A model generated the notes under the pieces. The model saw nothing but the letters and a program-made list of their open reading frames with translations, did not search any database and was not told the DNA's origin. From assembly GCF_002854065.1 (NCBI RefSeq), contig NZ_CP024154.1: a stretch of 64,000 nucleotides of DNA; one strand, 5' to 3'. A program made the position numbers and the translations under genes. Positions 26,916 to 36,703 of the stretch are shown here, piece after piece; positions within the stretch are counted from its first letter, which is position 1; each line of letters begins with the position of its first letter. Source of the stretch: Escherichia coli. GTDB taxonomy: Bacteria > Pseudomonadota > Gammaproteobacteria > Enterobacterales > Enterobacteriaceae.

Positions 26916-27383
26916 TTATTTCTTATTCTGTTTTCTCCAGGTCCATGGTGGTACCGGATTTTTATCTGCCCATAATCCCCGCTTCAGGGCGCGGGCATCA
27001 CGCTGGAGCGGCGGGAGAGTATAGTCATTATTGTAGTCCGGGTACACCCAGGCAGCGCCGTTACGGACCTGCCAGCGATTTGCTTCTGTGCCGTCAGCGG
27101 TATAGACCCGGCCGAGAATACGGCCATACCTGTCTGTCTGCGCGTATTGCACGGTTACGGGCTTTCCGGCCACCAGGTCCTTCAGCTGAGTGGCTGACCA
27201 GCGTCCAAAGGGCTGTTTCTTTTCCGGTGCATCAATATTAGCCAGACGGACCCTGACAGGCTTTTTGTCCTGTAATATTTCCAGCGTATCACCATCAAGA
27301 ACGCGGATGACGTGCCCCTGAATCTGTGCGGCACAGAGAGAAGCGGAAAAAATAATGGTGAGTGAAAAGATATATTTTATCAT
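26916..27383 (-). CDS. secreted thermonuclease (staphylococcal nuclease-like) family protein
   Basis: Signal peptide; SNase-like motifs (VIRVLDGDTLEI, RLANIDAPE, YGRILGRVY). Confidence 0.8.
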   Translation of the reverse strand: MIKYIFSLTIIFSASLCAAQIQGHVIRVLDGDTLEILQDKKPVRVRLANIDAPEKKQPFGRWSATQLKDLVAGKPVTVQYAQTDRYGRILGRVYTADGTEANRWQVRNGAAWVYPDYNNDYTLPPLQRDARALKRGLWADKNPVPPWTWRKQNKK

Positions 27384-27484
27384 TTCATCGTCTCCTTTTT
27401 ATTTATGAAAACAGGTGCAATTAATATTGCGAAATAATAACGTTCAGGTGTTTTTTTTTGGCAGTGTGATACTTCACGCAGGGC

Positions 27485-28165
27485 ATGAATTCCAGTACGC
27501 TGATATCCGTGATGATACGGCAACAGATATCCGGTGACGGTATGCAGGAACATATTGATTATCAGATTGAGAAATATCAGTTCAGGGCCAGGAATGAGTC
27601 ACCGCGACTGATGCGCCAGTGGGAAGATGTCATGCGTGAATGCCGTGATACCGGAGCAGGAGCCAGGGAGCGGCTGCGGATTGCCTTACTTAATGTTGAT
27701 TATGTGACCAGTTTTGAACTGCCGTTTCGTCTGCTGTTAACCCGGACACCGCAGATGATTGACAGCGTGCGGCGGGAATGGCAGCTCAGCCAGAAAAAAG
27801 TCGTATTCAATGAGCGGCAGCGGGGATGTGTATACAGTCTGCAGAATGACTTATCCGGCGTGCCGGATAGCTTCAGTTACAGTCTTGCGACGCGAATACG
27901 GCGGGTGGACAGCTATGGCATGACGACGCGTTGTTTCACTGATATAGCCGGGCAGGTTAAAGCCCCGACAGCACGGCTGAAACTGGCGCTGGAAAGCGGG
28001 TTAATTGTCACCGCGCTGGATGGTCTGTTCTGGCTTGGTATTCAACGTATTGCCGCAGATGTGCAGCGGCTGCGTCAGTCCGGAATGACAATCATCACCC
28101 GGGATGTTGAGGTCTCAGACTCGCTGACCGGAACCACACGGGTTGTTTCCGGGTACAGCCTTTGA
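27485..28165 (+). CDS. hypothetical protein (up to 226 aa), possible DNA-binding protein
   Basis: ORF; several candidate starts; C-terminal region resembles a winged-helix fold by composition only. Confidence 0.4.
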   Translation: MNSSTLISVMIRQQISGDGMQEHIDYQIEKYQFRARNESPRLMRQWEDVMRECRDTGAGARERLRIALLNVDYVTSFELPFRLLLTRTPQMIDSVRREWQLSQKKVVFNERQRGCVYSLQNDLSGVPDSFSYSLATRIRRVDSYGMTTRCFTDIAGQVKAPTARLKLALESGLIVTALDGLFWLGIQRIAADVQRLRQSGMTIITRDVEVSDSLTGTTRVVSGYSL

Positions 28166-28366
28166 TTTATGCAACAAAGTATCGCAGCGTCGAATATGAG
28201 CTATGGCCAGATTTTTGTTAATCGTGGTTGTTGCAACATGTAAGGCGAATGACCACACTATTCTGGCACGCTCGTAATCATGCTGAAATTCTGCTTCCTG
28301 TCCTGCCGTGATGAGTTCCGACCAGGACATACGGCGAAGTGTATGTCTGTCAGTAATATCCGTCAT
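28115..28366 (-). CDS. hypothetical small protein (83 aa)
   Basis: ORF whose start overlaps the stop of the upstream gene (ATGA); last gene of a three-gene minus-strand cluster. Confidence 0.4.
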   Translation of the reverse strand: MTDITDRHTLRRMSWSELITAGQEAEFQHDYERARIVWSFALHVATTTINKNLAIAHIRRCDTLLHKSKAVPGNNPCGSGQRV

Positions 28367-28578
28367 GAGCTCTCAGCCTCCTCCTTCGTATTTCCGTCAG
28401 AAACACAAACGCCCCGCAGAGAAAATTCGCCAACATTCTCCTTTTTAATGGCGCGCAATGCATCGCGGCAGGCCCGTTCGGTATGAAAGGCCTGGCTGTG
28501 CACCGCCAGTGTGGGCTGACGGGCATCACCGGAAGAGACATTAAAGGGCGATGAAAGCCAGAAAATCAGTAGCCACAT
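28363..28578 (-). CDS. hypothetical small protein with N-terminal hydrophobic segment (71 aa)
   Basis: ORF only. Confidence 0.4.
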   Translation of the reverse strand: MWLLIFWLSSPFNVSSGDARQPTLAVHSQAFHTERACRDALRAIKKENVGEFSLRGVCVSDGNTKEEAESS

Positions 28579-28581
28579 GCG

Positions 28582-28965
28582 TCACACCTCGTCCTTTTTA
28601 TGCGGGTATCTGGACAGAATATTGAGCGCCTGTAATGGCGCTTCATGCATTTCACGGATACAACGGGCATCGGTGATATTTTCCCGGTAATGTGTGGTTT
28701 CCAGCATCATATGATGCATATGGAGCATCCGGGCCAGGGCTGCGCGGAGTTCTTCAATATGTTGTTCATGGGAATGCTGGCGGGGCTGTATCCGGCAGAG
28801 AGGGATAACCTCCACATCATCCGGGTGCGCGCGAAGCCACGCGTCAGTGACTGCAATGTCGTCAGTGTAAAACCATGTGCCGGATGTCCCGTTGGCCAGA
28901 AAACGCATTTTCCAGGCTTCTGGGGTGGCGGTTGTGTTGTTATCTTTCATGGTGCCACCACTCAT
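28582..28965 (-). CDS. hypothetical protein (about 122-127 aa), His-rich
   Basis: ORF only; first gene of the three-gene cluster. Confidence 0.45.
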   Translation of the reverse strand: MSGGTMKDNNTTATPEAWKMRFLANGTSGTWFYTDDIAVTDAWLRAHPDDVEVIPLCRIQPRQHSHEQHIEELRAALARMLHMHHMMLETTHYRENITDARCIREMHEAPLQALNILSRYPHKKDEV

Positions 28966-29240
28966 TCAACAGGCTTAATGCTGTCCAGGCGCAGTCTGCT
29001 CAGACTGCCGTGGCTGCCACAGCGGCGTCCAGTGCTTTTGCTGTAGCACTCCTGCCCCCTGATACACCATGCCGTTGGCGTTTCGTAGAGGCTGACACGT
29101 CGGGTTTTATCTTTAATGATGAGAAGCCCGGTGTGAGTTTTTGTCTTTTTCATCGGTGGGGTACAAACGCAGAGATTTTGTTGTCATCAGTTTTTGCCTG
29201 CAGAGGCCTGAAAAGACAGCGTTTTCAGGCCCTGTTCAGG

Positions 29241-29483
29241 TTAGTGAATATTCTTGCCTGGCCTTTCGGCAATATCAATCCCCTGAAGTTGCATGGATAT
29301 CCCATGCCCATTGAGCATCTGGCTGTCCATGGAATTGATACCGCATGTCATCATCAGGTTGTAACAAAGCGTACTCAGCATGGTGAGCGCCTCTTCTGAG
29401 GATTTACAATGTGTATTCATAAGGGCCAGAAACTGCTCAACAACATCCGGGTTAATGCTGGTACTGTGTATTTCATCCTTCAT
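29241..29483 (-). CDS. hypothetical small protein (80 aa)
   Basis: SD AAGGA 6 nt upstream of ATG 29483. Confidence 0.4.
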   Translation of the reverse strand: MKDEIHSTSINPDVVEQFLALMNTHCKSSEEALTMLSTLCYNLMMTCGINSMDSQMLNGHGISMQLQGIDIAERPGKNIH

Positions 29484-29664
29484 GATGTGTCCTTGTTTTT
29501 TATTATTTTGCATTTCAGAAAATAACACGATGCCTGCAGCCCGGAAAACAGATGTGTGCACACGTAGTCACTTTCCGGCTTTATTTCTGTCCCTGACACA
29601 AAATACGTGGTGGCATGAAAAGGATTGTGGCGGACAGGAAAACGATTAGAATAGCGGCGGGCGC

Positions 29665-29958
29665 TTGAGGCTGTATGCCGAAAGCGTTTTGTGGACGGCA
29701 TGTAGCAGAAAGCCCCAGGCGATTTTTTTATCAATCAACCCAGGGCCCACTGTAATGCCTCAACAACATTATAGTAGCCCGATGACGGCCGAAAGGCAAT
29801 GGAGGGGCTGCGATGCCACAACGAACGTTTTTAATGATGTTAATCGTCGTCTGTGTGACGATACTGTGTTTTGTCTGGATGGTGAGGGATTCGCTTTGCG
29901 GATTTCGTATCGAGCAGGGAAATACGGTGCTTGTGGCAACGTTAGCCTACGAAGTTAA
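29665..29958 (+). CDS. pndC: pndC (mok-like) overlapping leader reading frame of the pnd locus
   Basis: Reading frame that overlaps and ends inside pndA in a different frame, as in hok/mok loci. Confidence 0.5.
   Translation: MRLYAESVLWTACSRKPQAIFLSINPGPTVMPQQHYSSPMTAERQWRGCDATTNVFNDVNRRLCDDTVFCLDGEGFALRISYRAGKYGACGNVSLRS
29690..29780 (-). ncRNA. pndB: expected position of PndB (Sok-like) antisense RNA; not delimited from sequence
   Basis: Placed by analogy to hok/sok architecture only. Confidence 0.25.
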
Positions 29959-29965
29959 ACGTTAA
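29813..29965 (+). CDS. pndA: PndA, Hok-family type I toxin (50 aa)
   Basis: MPQRTFLMMLIVVCVTILCFVWMVRDSLCGFRIEQGNTVLVATLAYEVKR; hairpin terminator at about 29975-30005. Confidence 0.85.
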   Translation: MPQRTFLMMLIVVCVTILCFVWMVRDSLCGFRIEQGNTVLVATLAYEVKR

Positions 29966-30102
29966 CGGGCAACACGGCGGCAGGACATCTGCCGCCGGAT
30001 TGTTGCGAAGGCTGACCTCAATGCGCCTTGTTTGTCTTTTTTACCGGACGACTGCTGGTTGCTGCTGTCCGGCAGCTATTATTTTTTCCGTCCTGTGCGT
30101 CA

Positions 30103-31689
30103 TCAATTATGACAGTCGCTCTCATTTGGTTGTCTCTGGTTAGATGTATTATTAGATATTTTCGGGGTAATTCGATAAAAGTTATCCACTTCAGCACCAG
30201 ACTGAATGATATATGCAATAAGATCTAAACGATGAATCTCGTATCGTGTACGTAACTCCATCATTTCACGCCATGCTAAAATCCTTGATGTTTTCAGTTC
30301 AGCCTCTATAAGTTTCCATGTGTTTGTTGAGATGGCATGTTCTTCCAGCTGACGTAACGAGAACCTATCACTAATGACCAACCATCCCCATCCTCGAGTA
30401 TGTGCCCATTTGCGACCTGCATTACTTTTTATTCTCGTGAGACTCAAGGTCATTCGGTCTGTTGGCTTCACTTCCATAAGTAGGCACCGACCATCAACTG
30501 TCGCAATGAGTAAATCTGGATAGTATTTTTTTGATTTGTTTTTAAAACAATATGGAATAGAAAATGGTTGTTCTTGATAGAAAAGAACCTGATCGCAACA
30601 TTCTAATAGATTCATTATTTTAAACTCAAGCCCTGATTCGTACTGGACTGTACGACCTAATTTTTGAGAGTAAAAGAATCCAGATATGTCAGTATCATTA
30701 ACCGCTCTCTGTGAACATAGCTGTTCTACGGGGGGAGGAGGTGCGATATATTTTGGCCAATGTGTATTGTCTAGCCATTTACTGAATATGAACTCAACTC
30801 TTTCTTTCTTGATTCGGGCTCTTTCCTGAGCGTGAGCGTGTGCTAATTCTGCTCTTCGTTCACGTAACTTCTGCTTTTGTAATTGTGATATTAATGAGAG
30901 CGAATTTTTTATTTCATCTCGTCTTGCTTTAGGAATGCCTGCGGCAAAAATGATGAATTTGGCGGCTAACTCAGAGGATGTAACGAAATCCCGATGAACA
31001 ATACGATAAATCCATACTGCTATATCATATGGTGAATTACCTATTGAGTTAATAAGGGCTTTAAGGCAAGCTCCAGGTGTCCCTTCATAGCGAGATTTAG
31101 CAGCTAGTAAGCCAAGGGCTCGTTCCTGAAGTTGTCTTACCCTTTCACGGGAAATTCCTAATTTGACGGCAATATCTGCCAGAGAATGAGGTGAATCATC
31201 TGTGCCGAGTCGCATTAGAAGAATATATTGATGTCGTTTATTAGATAAACTTTCGATAGCAGAATGAATTAGCATAATGACATCATGTTCATCGGCTATA
31301 TAATCTTTAAAATCTGTATTGGGTTGGCAGAGGGGGAGTGGGGTATTTTGTTTAAAACTATTCTTTTGTATTTCAACTTTATCATGAGCAATTGTTTTTG
31401 CAGTGCTCAATGATATTAAATTATTGATGATACTATTGTGTTCTTGGCGAGGAATCTTGTTGAAGTAATTGCTGAGGTCATTCACCGTGTTTATATCGTT
31501 GAACTCAAGAAACTCAGAAGGAAGCAGGCGTTTGATTGCTCCACGTATTCCCCCGGACGATCGTTGATGTGTTTGAGTAAGTTTTTTTAGCGAGACGCCC
31601 TCCGCTATGGATACGAGAAGACGCTGTAACTCTTCAGTATTCCATGGAGTACCATGTCGTGCTGGAAAATTGCTGCGGGATTCAGACAT
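30103..31689 (-). CDS. 528-aa protein with N-terminal HTH domains and C-terminal PD-(D/E)XK-like nuclease motif, in AT-rich DNA
   Basis: Sigma-70 region-4-like HTH (SLADIAVKLGISRERVRQLQERALGLL); Myb/GcrA-like N-terminus (PWNTEELQRL); C-terminal YYPD...LLMEVKP. Confidence 0.55.
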   Translation of the reverse strand: MSESRSNFPARHGTPWNTEELQRLLVSIAEGVSLKKLTQTHQRSSGGIRGAIKRLLPSEFLEFNDINTVNDLSNYFNKIPRQEHNSIINNLISLSTAKTIAHDKVEIQKNSFKQNTPLPLCQPNTDFKDYIADEHDVIMLIHSAIESLSNKRHQYILLMRLGTDDSPHSLADIAVKLGISRERVRQLQERALGLLAAKSRYEGTPGACLKALINSIGNSPYDIAVWIYRIVHRDFVTSSELAAKFIIFAAGIPKARRDEIKNSLSLISQLQKQKLRERRAELAHAHAQERARIKKERVEFIFSKWLDNTHWPKYIAPPPPVEQLCSQRAVNDTDISGFFYSQKLGRTVQYESGLEFKIMNLLECCDQVLFYQEQPFSIPYCFKNKSKKYYPDLLIATVDGRCLLMEVKPTDRMTLSLTRIKSNAGRKWAHTRGWGWLVISDRFSLRQLEEHAISTNTWKLIEAELKTSRILAWREMMELRTRYEIHRLDLIAYIIQSGAEVDNFYRITPKISNNTSNQRQPNESDCHN

Positions 31690-31962
31690 GATTTTATCTT
31701 TATGTTTTCTAGGTACTGCCTTGAGTGTGTGGATATGATAATTATTTATAATGATATTGTTATCTTTTATAGATAACTGATATGCAGAATTGTATTGATT
31801 TTGTCTACAGTGGGCAAGACAGTGCTAAGAATTTGTGGGGAAAACATAGAGACTCCATGCGGCGTCCTGAGATAGACGGCAGACAGGCATTCTGCCTGAA
31901 AAGAAAAAGCCGGTTCAGAGAAAACCGGCTGACGGATTATCGTCTAACAGTTGATAGCTACC

Positions 31963-32610
31963 TCAAAATACTTCTGCAACAGGAACACCGGCAACTTTTT
32001 CCCACTCTTTAACCCGATACCGGATCATCTGTGGGAAACGTTCCTTGTACTCATATCCACGTGCAGCCATGGTGTGCATGGTGTTGGCCAGCGTCCTTGA
32101 TGAGATGCCGGAGATTTCCAGTGGGATCATCGGCAGACTCACATATGTAGTGTGGATTTCCAGCTTGCCGTCTTCAGCAACCGTGCGGGTAAAGTTGTGA
32201 ATATCCAGACCAATCACATCCATCACATTGTTCGGATAAATGCGCACATACAGCATGGTGCCGTTTTTAATGTCGATCCCGAAATAACAACTCTTCGAGA
32301 ATGACAGTTGCTCATAATCGCTGGTTGGAGCAAAGTGACAGCTTTCTTTTATCTGCTGAACAACCTGCTGGACTTTCTTTTTTTTCGCTCTGGTTCTCAG
32401 ATATAGCCAGAGTAATGGGAGAATTATTAATGCCCAGCATCCATATGCAAAAATAAAATCCATTGTTTGAGATAAGGCTGAATCATGAACAATTAGTGTT
32501 CCGAAAAAAGCATAAAATAATAAGCATGGTATGCCAAATATGAAATACGCATTGCGAACAAGGTAATAATATGGCCACCAGGAAGGATATCTGCTTTTTG
32601 TTGTACTCAT
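31963..32610 (-). CDS. putative entry-exclusion inner-membrane protein (ExcA-like by position)
   Basis: 215-aa ORF with N-terminal TM segments directly downstream of the traY-like gene; AT-rich. Confidence 0.5.
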   Translation of the reverse strand: MSTTKSRYPSWWPYYYLVRNAYFIFGIPCLLFYAFFGTLIVHDSALSQTMDFIFAYGCWALIILPLLWLYLRTRAKKKKVQQVVQQIKESCHFAPTSDYEQLSFSKSCYFGIDIKNGTMLYVRIYPNNVMDVIGLDIHNFTRTVAEDGKLEIHTTYVSLPMIPLEISGISSRTLANTMHTMAARGYEYKERFPQMIRYRVKEWEKVAGVPVAEVF

Positions 32611-32697
32611 AATAAACCCCCATATTCACCTGAATATATTTTAATCTCTTCAGGTGAATATGGCAATAGTGTTTTATTGGTTTTTCGATATTTTTAT

Positions 32698-34857
32698 TTA
32701 TTGTTTTATTCCGTCTTTATCATCTCCATTAACATTTTTCAGTTTTTCTTCACGAACGCCAGGTGTTCTGCGCATATTGGTATTACCTCCGGCAATAATA
32801 TCTTTGACTGAAGAAACCATATTCCCCAGCATATTAACGCCGTCACGTCCGCCCAGAAAATTAATTACATGGTCAGGCAGATAAGCCTGAAGCGCAAAAA
32901 CGGCTGCAACCAGTGTGGTACAGACTCGGGCATAAATCAGCAAAAATCCAGCGATGCTGAATAACCCCGTAAGGGAGTCCGCCTGCACATTAACCAGAGC
33001 CGCGCCAAACAACGCATTCAGAATGGTGCCGCCGGCCACGATGGCGACCGATGCAAAAAAGAATCCGAACACCATCAGCAGCGGTCTGATCATGCTGTCT
33101 ATCAGGTAGATGTAACCGTAAGCAGCCCGGCTTCCCCTGTCCTGGCTTGTTCCCAGATGGGTGGCGGCCCACAGGGGGCCAGCAGCACATCCAATCAGTA
33201 CGCTGACTATCCAGTTGCCGATGCCGGTCATCCAGAAGATAAACGGGATAAACGGCAGGTAAATGGATAACGAAAAGCCGGCACAGAACAGCAAAAACAG
33301 CAGGAAGTAGAGTGGTGGTGCGGATGCTTCCAGAAAAGCCTTTGCGGCGTCAGATAATCCGCTGACGGCATTGACCAGTCGACCAAAAACGGAGTTGCTG
33401 CCGGCTGTGGAAAGTACCCTGACGGTGGTATAACCCGCCCATATGCTTTCAGTAATACCCATAGTGTAATCACCGATATTTTTCATTTTTATCAGTGGAT
33501 TTAGTTGGTCCGAGGATGTTCCTGTTCCAGATAAGGATGTCGCAATTTTGTCTGCAAAATTTTCACCCGACCATACTTTCATTATTATGCTTTTAGGTTC
33601 AGCGGCTTCCGCTGTTCTGTATTCAGTTGATGAAGTGTTTGTTCCCAGTGCAGGAGTATATGGTGAATTCTGCAGCTGTGCCTGGTAAGCCCCCTTGACT
33701 TCCTTCAGGAATTCCGTATCCCCGGCTTCGCCCAGTGACGAGACGCCACTCACGGTAGGGGCGCGGTTGGCCAGGTCTTCCAGTCGCTGGTTGGCGGTGG
33801 CAAAGGTCTGGTACCAGGCACCCAGGGCAACCCAGCCGTAGGTGGTCAGGTAGGATTTCAGCTGCTCCCTGCGCTCAGTTTCTGCGTTATCTGCCGGCAA
33901 CGCCTTCTGCACCGTTTCTTCATACCGGTTGGCTGCCTTCTGAATACGGCTTTCAATATCCGGCAGGTTGCCGTTACCCGTGTCGCGCCGGGTCCGGTAT
34001 GCCGACACAAATTCCTGCGCCGCGCTGTCCAGGTCACGGAGCATGGTATCCATGGCGGAGCGTTGTGCCGTCAGAACCCCCTGATATTCCGTTTCAATGA
34101 AGGGATTGAAAAAATGGGCCAGCGCGGACTGCTTGTTACTGCCGTTTCCTTTCACGGAGAGACTCACACTCCCGCAGGTGGCGCTGCCATTTGAGACGGT
34201 GACGGTATATCTGCCATTCTCTGTCCGTGAGGATTCGCTCATGGGCGGCGTTGATGAACGTGCGGTACGGTTAAAGTCATCGAGGCCCGTATTCATGGCG
34301 TGTTTGCACAGTTCCATCTCCAGAATTCCCCGTGCTGCCGTGCGGGTGGAGACATGTACTGGCTGTACGGTCATTGAATAGTCTTCAGCAATGTTTTCTG
34401 CCGCTGTCTGAACCATGATATTGGCGGAACCGATGCCCATGATGGATGCGCCCCACAGCATGACCAGTTGCGCCAGACTCCAGCCGGAAGCGGTGGGCAC
34501 AATCATCAAAAATCCACTCACGACACTGAGTATGCCGACGACGTCCCGTCCGTTGTTAAAGACACTGCCCTGGTGTCCCGTGCGGACAGCATGACGGATA
34601 CCAATAAACAGAAACCAGACTATCCCCATCGTGGCGATAATTGCGTTAAACACCATGAACAGGTTGCCAATGATGGTGTTGCTGCTGGCTGTCAGGGGAT
34701 TTGTGACCACATCACCAAAAATGGTGACCAGTGCCTGGCGCGACAGGTCATCCGGATTGGTGGCGGCACTCACAATGTCCTGATAGGTGACGAAAGCCTG
34801 TGCAGGTACGGCAGCCAGCGCCAGACCTGCACTCAGTGCTCTGGGTATGATTTTCAC
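32698..34857 (-). CDS. traY: TraY-like polytopic inner-membrane conjugation protein (DotA-like)
   Basis: 719 aa with signal peptide and multiple TM segments; gene order. Confidence 0.65.
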   Translation of the reverse strand: MKIIPRALSAGLALAAVPAQAFVTYQDIVSAATNPDDLSRQALVTIFGDVVTNPLTASSNTIIGNLFMVFNAIIATMGIVWFLFIGIRHAVRTGHQGSVFNNGRDVVGILSVVSGFLMIVPTASGWSLAQLVMLWGASIMGIGSANIMVQTAAENIAEDYSMTVQPVHVSTRTAARGILEMELCKHAMNTGLDDFNRTARSSTPPMSESSRTENGRYTVTVSNGSATCGSVSLSVKGNGSNKQSALAHFFNPFIETEYQGVLTAQRSAMDTMLRDLDSAAQEFVSAYRTRRDTGNGNLPDIESRIQKAANRYEETVQKALPADNAETERREQLKSYLTTYGWVALGAWYQTFATANQRLEDLANRAPTVSGVSSLGEAGDTEFLKEVKGAYQAQLQNSPYTPALGTNTSSTEYRTAEAAEPKSIIMKVWSGENFADKIATSLSGTGTSSDQLNPLIKMKNIGDYTMGITESIWAGYTTVRVLSTAGSNSVFGRLVNAVSGLSDAAKAFLEASAPPLYFLLFLLFCAGFSLSIYLPFIPFIFWMTGIGNWIVSVLIGCAAGPLWAATHLGTSQDRGSRAAYGYIYLIDSMIRPLLMVFGFFFASVAIVAGGTILNALFGAALVNVQADSLTGLFSIAGFLLIYARVCTTLVAAVFALQAYLPDHVINFLGGRDGVNMLGNMVSSVKDIIAGGNTNMRRTPGVREEKLKNVNGDDKDGIKQ

Positions 34858-34931
34858 GGTAACTCCGGAACCGAAGGGGATGCCCGGGCATCAGCCCCCG
34901 GAATGAGGAAAAGAAATTGCAGACCGGACAG

Positions 34932-35501
34932 TCAGTACTGCCGGTGGGTAATGGCCAGCCATGTGGCCTGTTTCCAGCCGTGCCGGGCCTGCAGGTAATC
35001 GGGGAATGTGCCCTGTTCGTCCTCGCTGACCCGACGTTCATTCAGCTGCCAGAGGCGGTATGACGCAATCAGGGCTTTTGAGGCACACAGTGCTGCAATG
35101 GTACTCATCAGTAACAGGCAGACCAGGATACGTATCAGGGTGATGACCGGCAGTGCGGTGGCCGCAAGGGCCATACCACACAGCAGAAGTACCGGTATCA
35201 TCATCAGCCAGAATCCTGTCCGCCAGAACATCCTGCGACGTCGCAGACGCCGGTCCAGTTCGTCGACCGTCAGTCCGCTGGCCCTGACCGCTTCCTCCCA
35301 GGTCATACAGACCGGACTCTCCGGTTGCCGGTCGGGCATGAGGCGCTTCAGGCGCGTTTTATGCTGGTCCAGCATATGGCGGCAGCTGCGCAGCATCCAG
35401 CGGGTTTCGGCCAGTGGTGCGAACAGATTTATCCCTATATCACCGATGCGGCGGAGACGGGGGGCCGGTTTTTTTTCGTCGATGCTGTTGTCGTCTTTCA
35501 T
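34932..35501 (-). CDS. TraX-like membrane protein
   Basis: 189 aa; TM segments; gene order. Confidence 0.5.
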   Translation of the reverse strand: MKDDNSIDEKKPAPRLRRIGDIGINLFAPLAETRWMLRSCRHMLDQHKTRLKRLMPDRQPESPVCMTWEEAVRASGLTVDELDRRLRRRRMFWRTGFWLMMIPVLLLCGMALAATALPVITLIRILVCLLLMSTIAALCASKALIASYRLWQLNERRVSEDEQGTFPDYLQARHGWKQATWLAITHRQY

Positions 35502-36703
35502 CTTACGCTCCCCTGGCTCATGGCCTGTGACAGTTCGCCAAGGCGCTGTCCGTAATACTGCCGTGCGGCCAGCGCAAGTTGCTGCCCGGCGATAACGTTA
35601 CCCTGACGAATCTGCTCTTTCAGATCGTTCATCTGCCAGTTCAGCAGGGCGGTGGTGCGCAGCAGCTCACGGAGAAGGTTATCGCCTTCCATGCCCTGCA
35701 GATCCTGCTGCCAGTCGGTGTTGGCATACCGTCTGCCGGCTTCAAAGGCCTCAAACTCCCGCTGGCTCATGTGGCCACGGGTGCGGGCTTCTGATGATGC
35801 GGTCCGGTCAAAATATGCCGCAGCTGACGGTGACTGCAGGGCTTCAGTCAGTGCCCCACGGGTGGCTTCATTAGGGGTACTGTCAGCAATCAGTGACAGC
35901 TGCGGATGAGAGGCGGCATCGATGATGCCGTTGTATTCATTCTGCAGGCCCACATACGTGCGCCCGGTCTGTGTGCCCACTTCTCCTTTCCCCGGGGCAC
36001 GACCCGCTGACGGTCTGGCGGTGTTTTTCATATAAGCCGTCGCAGCATCAATCTGTTTCTGATCCCAGGTGAGAGCGGCCGGGGTATCTGCTGTGCCTGC
36101 GCCCTGATAGAGCGATCGTACCTGGCTGTCTCCGCCCGGCAGATCGCCCACGGCAGGGCAGACATCAGTTCCGCCAAAGCGGGCATACTCCGCTTCCGTG
36201 CAGTAACCGGCGTGGATGCCGGCACTGTCATACGCCTCGCGGACCGGGGAGTCCGCAGCCCGGGAGAGACGTTCCCGGATGGGTTTACTGCTGACCCCTC
36301 CCCCCTGACTCAGACGTGCCGCTGCAGACGCTGCTGCCCGGCGGCTTTCTGCTGCAATGCCGGACGCGGATTCACTGCAGATGGAGTCCGGCACGCTGAA
36401 GCTTTTCCTGGCCTCCTCGAGGCGGTGTGTTTCATTACTGAATATCATCTGCTGACGGGTGGCCTGCCCGTCCTGGGCAATGACGGTGGCCAGTTTTTCT
36501 GAGTTCTGGGTGATGGCTGTGCCGGTGGCCGTCTGCATACGGACCATTTCCTCCATGATGCCCTGTATGGTGGCCAGCTCCGGCATGATCTGTCGGGTGA
36601 CCGGCTGACTGGACACAACATTCACAGAGTAGGCATGGGTGGCAGGGATAACCGCACAGCCTACAAGGAGTGCAAGCAGTGTGGTTGCAGATTGTCTTTG
36701 CAT
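35498..36703 (-). CDS. TraW-like secreted/lipoprotein component
   Basis: Signal peptide (LLALLVGCAVIPATHA); SD GGAGAA before ATG 36703; gene order. Confidence 0.55.
   Translation of the reverse strand: MQRQSATTLLALLVGCAVIPATHAYSVNVVSSQPVTRQIMPELATIQGIMEEMVRMQTATGTAITQNSEKLATVIAQDGQATRQQMIFSNETHRLEEARKSFSVPDSICSESASGIAAESRRAAASAAARLSQGGGVSSKPIRERLSRAADSPVREAYDSAGIHAGYCTEAEYARFGGTDVCPAVGDLPGGDSQVRSLYQGAGTADTPAALTWDQKQIDAATAYMKNTARPSAGRAPGKGEVGTQTGRTYVGLQNEYNGIIDAASHPQLSLIADSTPNEATRGALTEALQSPSAAAYFDRTASSEARTRGHMSQREFEAFEAGRRYANTDWQQDLQGMEGDNLLRELLRTTALLNWQMNDLKEQIRQGNVIAGQQLALAARQYYGQRLGELSQAMSQGSVR

Noticed and set aside
26648-27241. Plus-strand 197-aa ORF overlapping the thermonuclease gene
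   Set aside because: It is antisense to a well-supported nuclease gene with signal peptide and catalytic motifs; likely a shadow ORF
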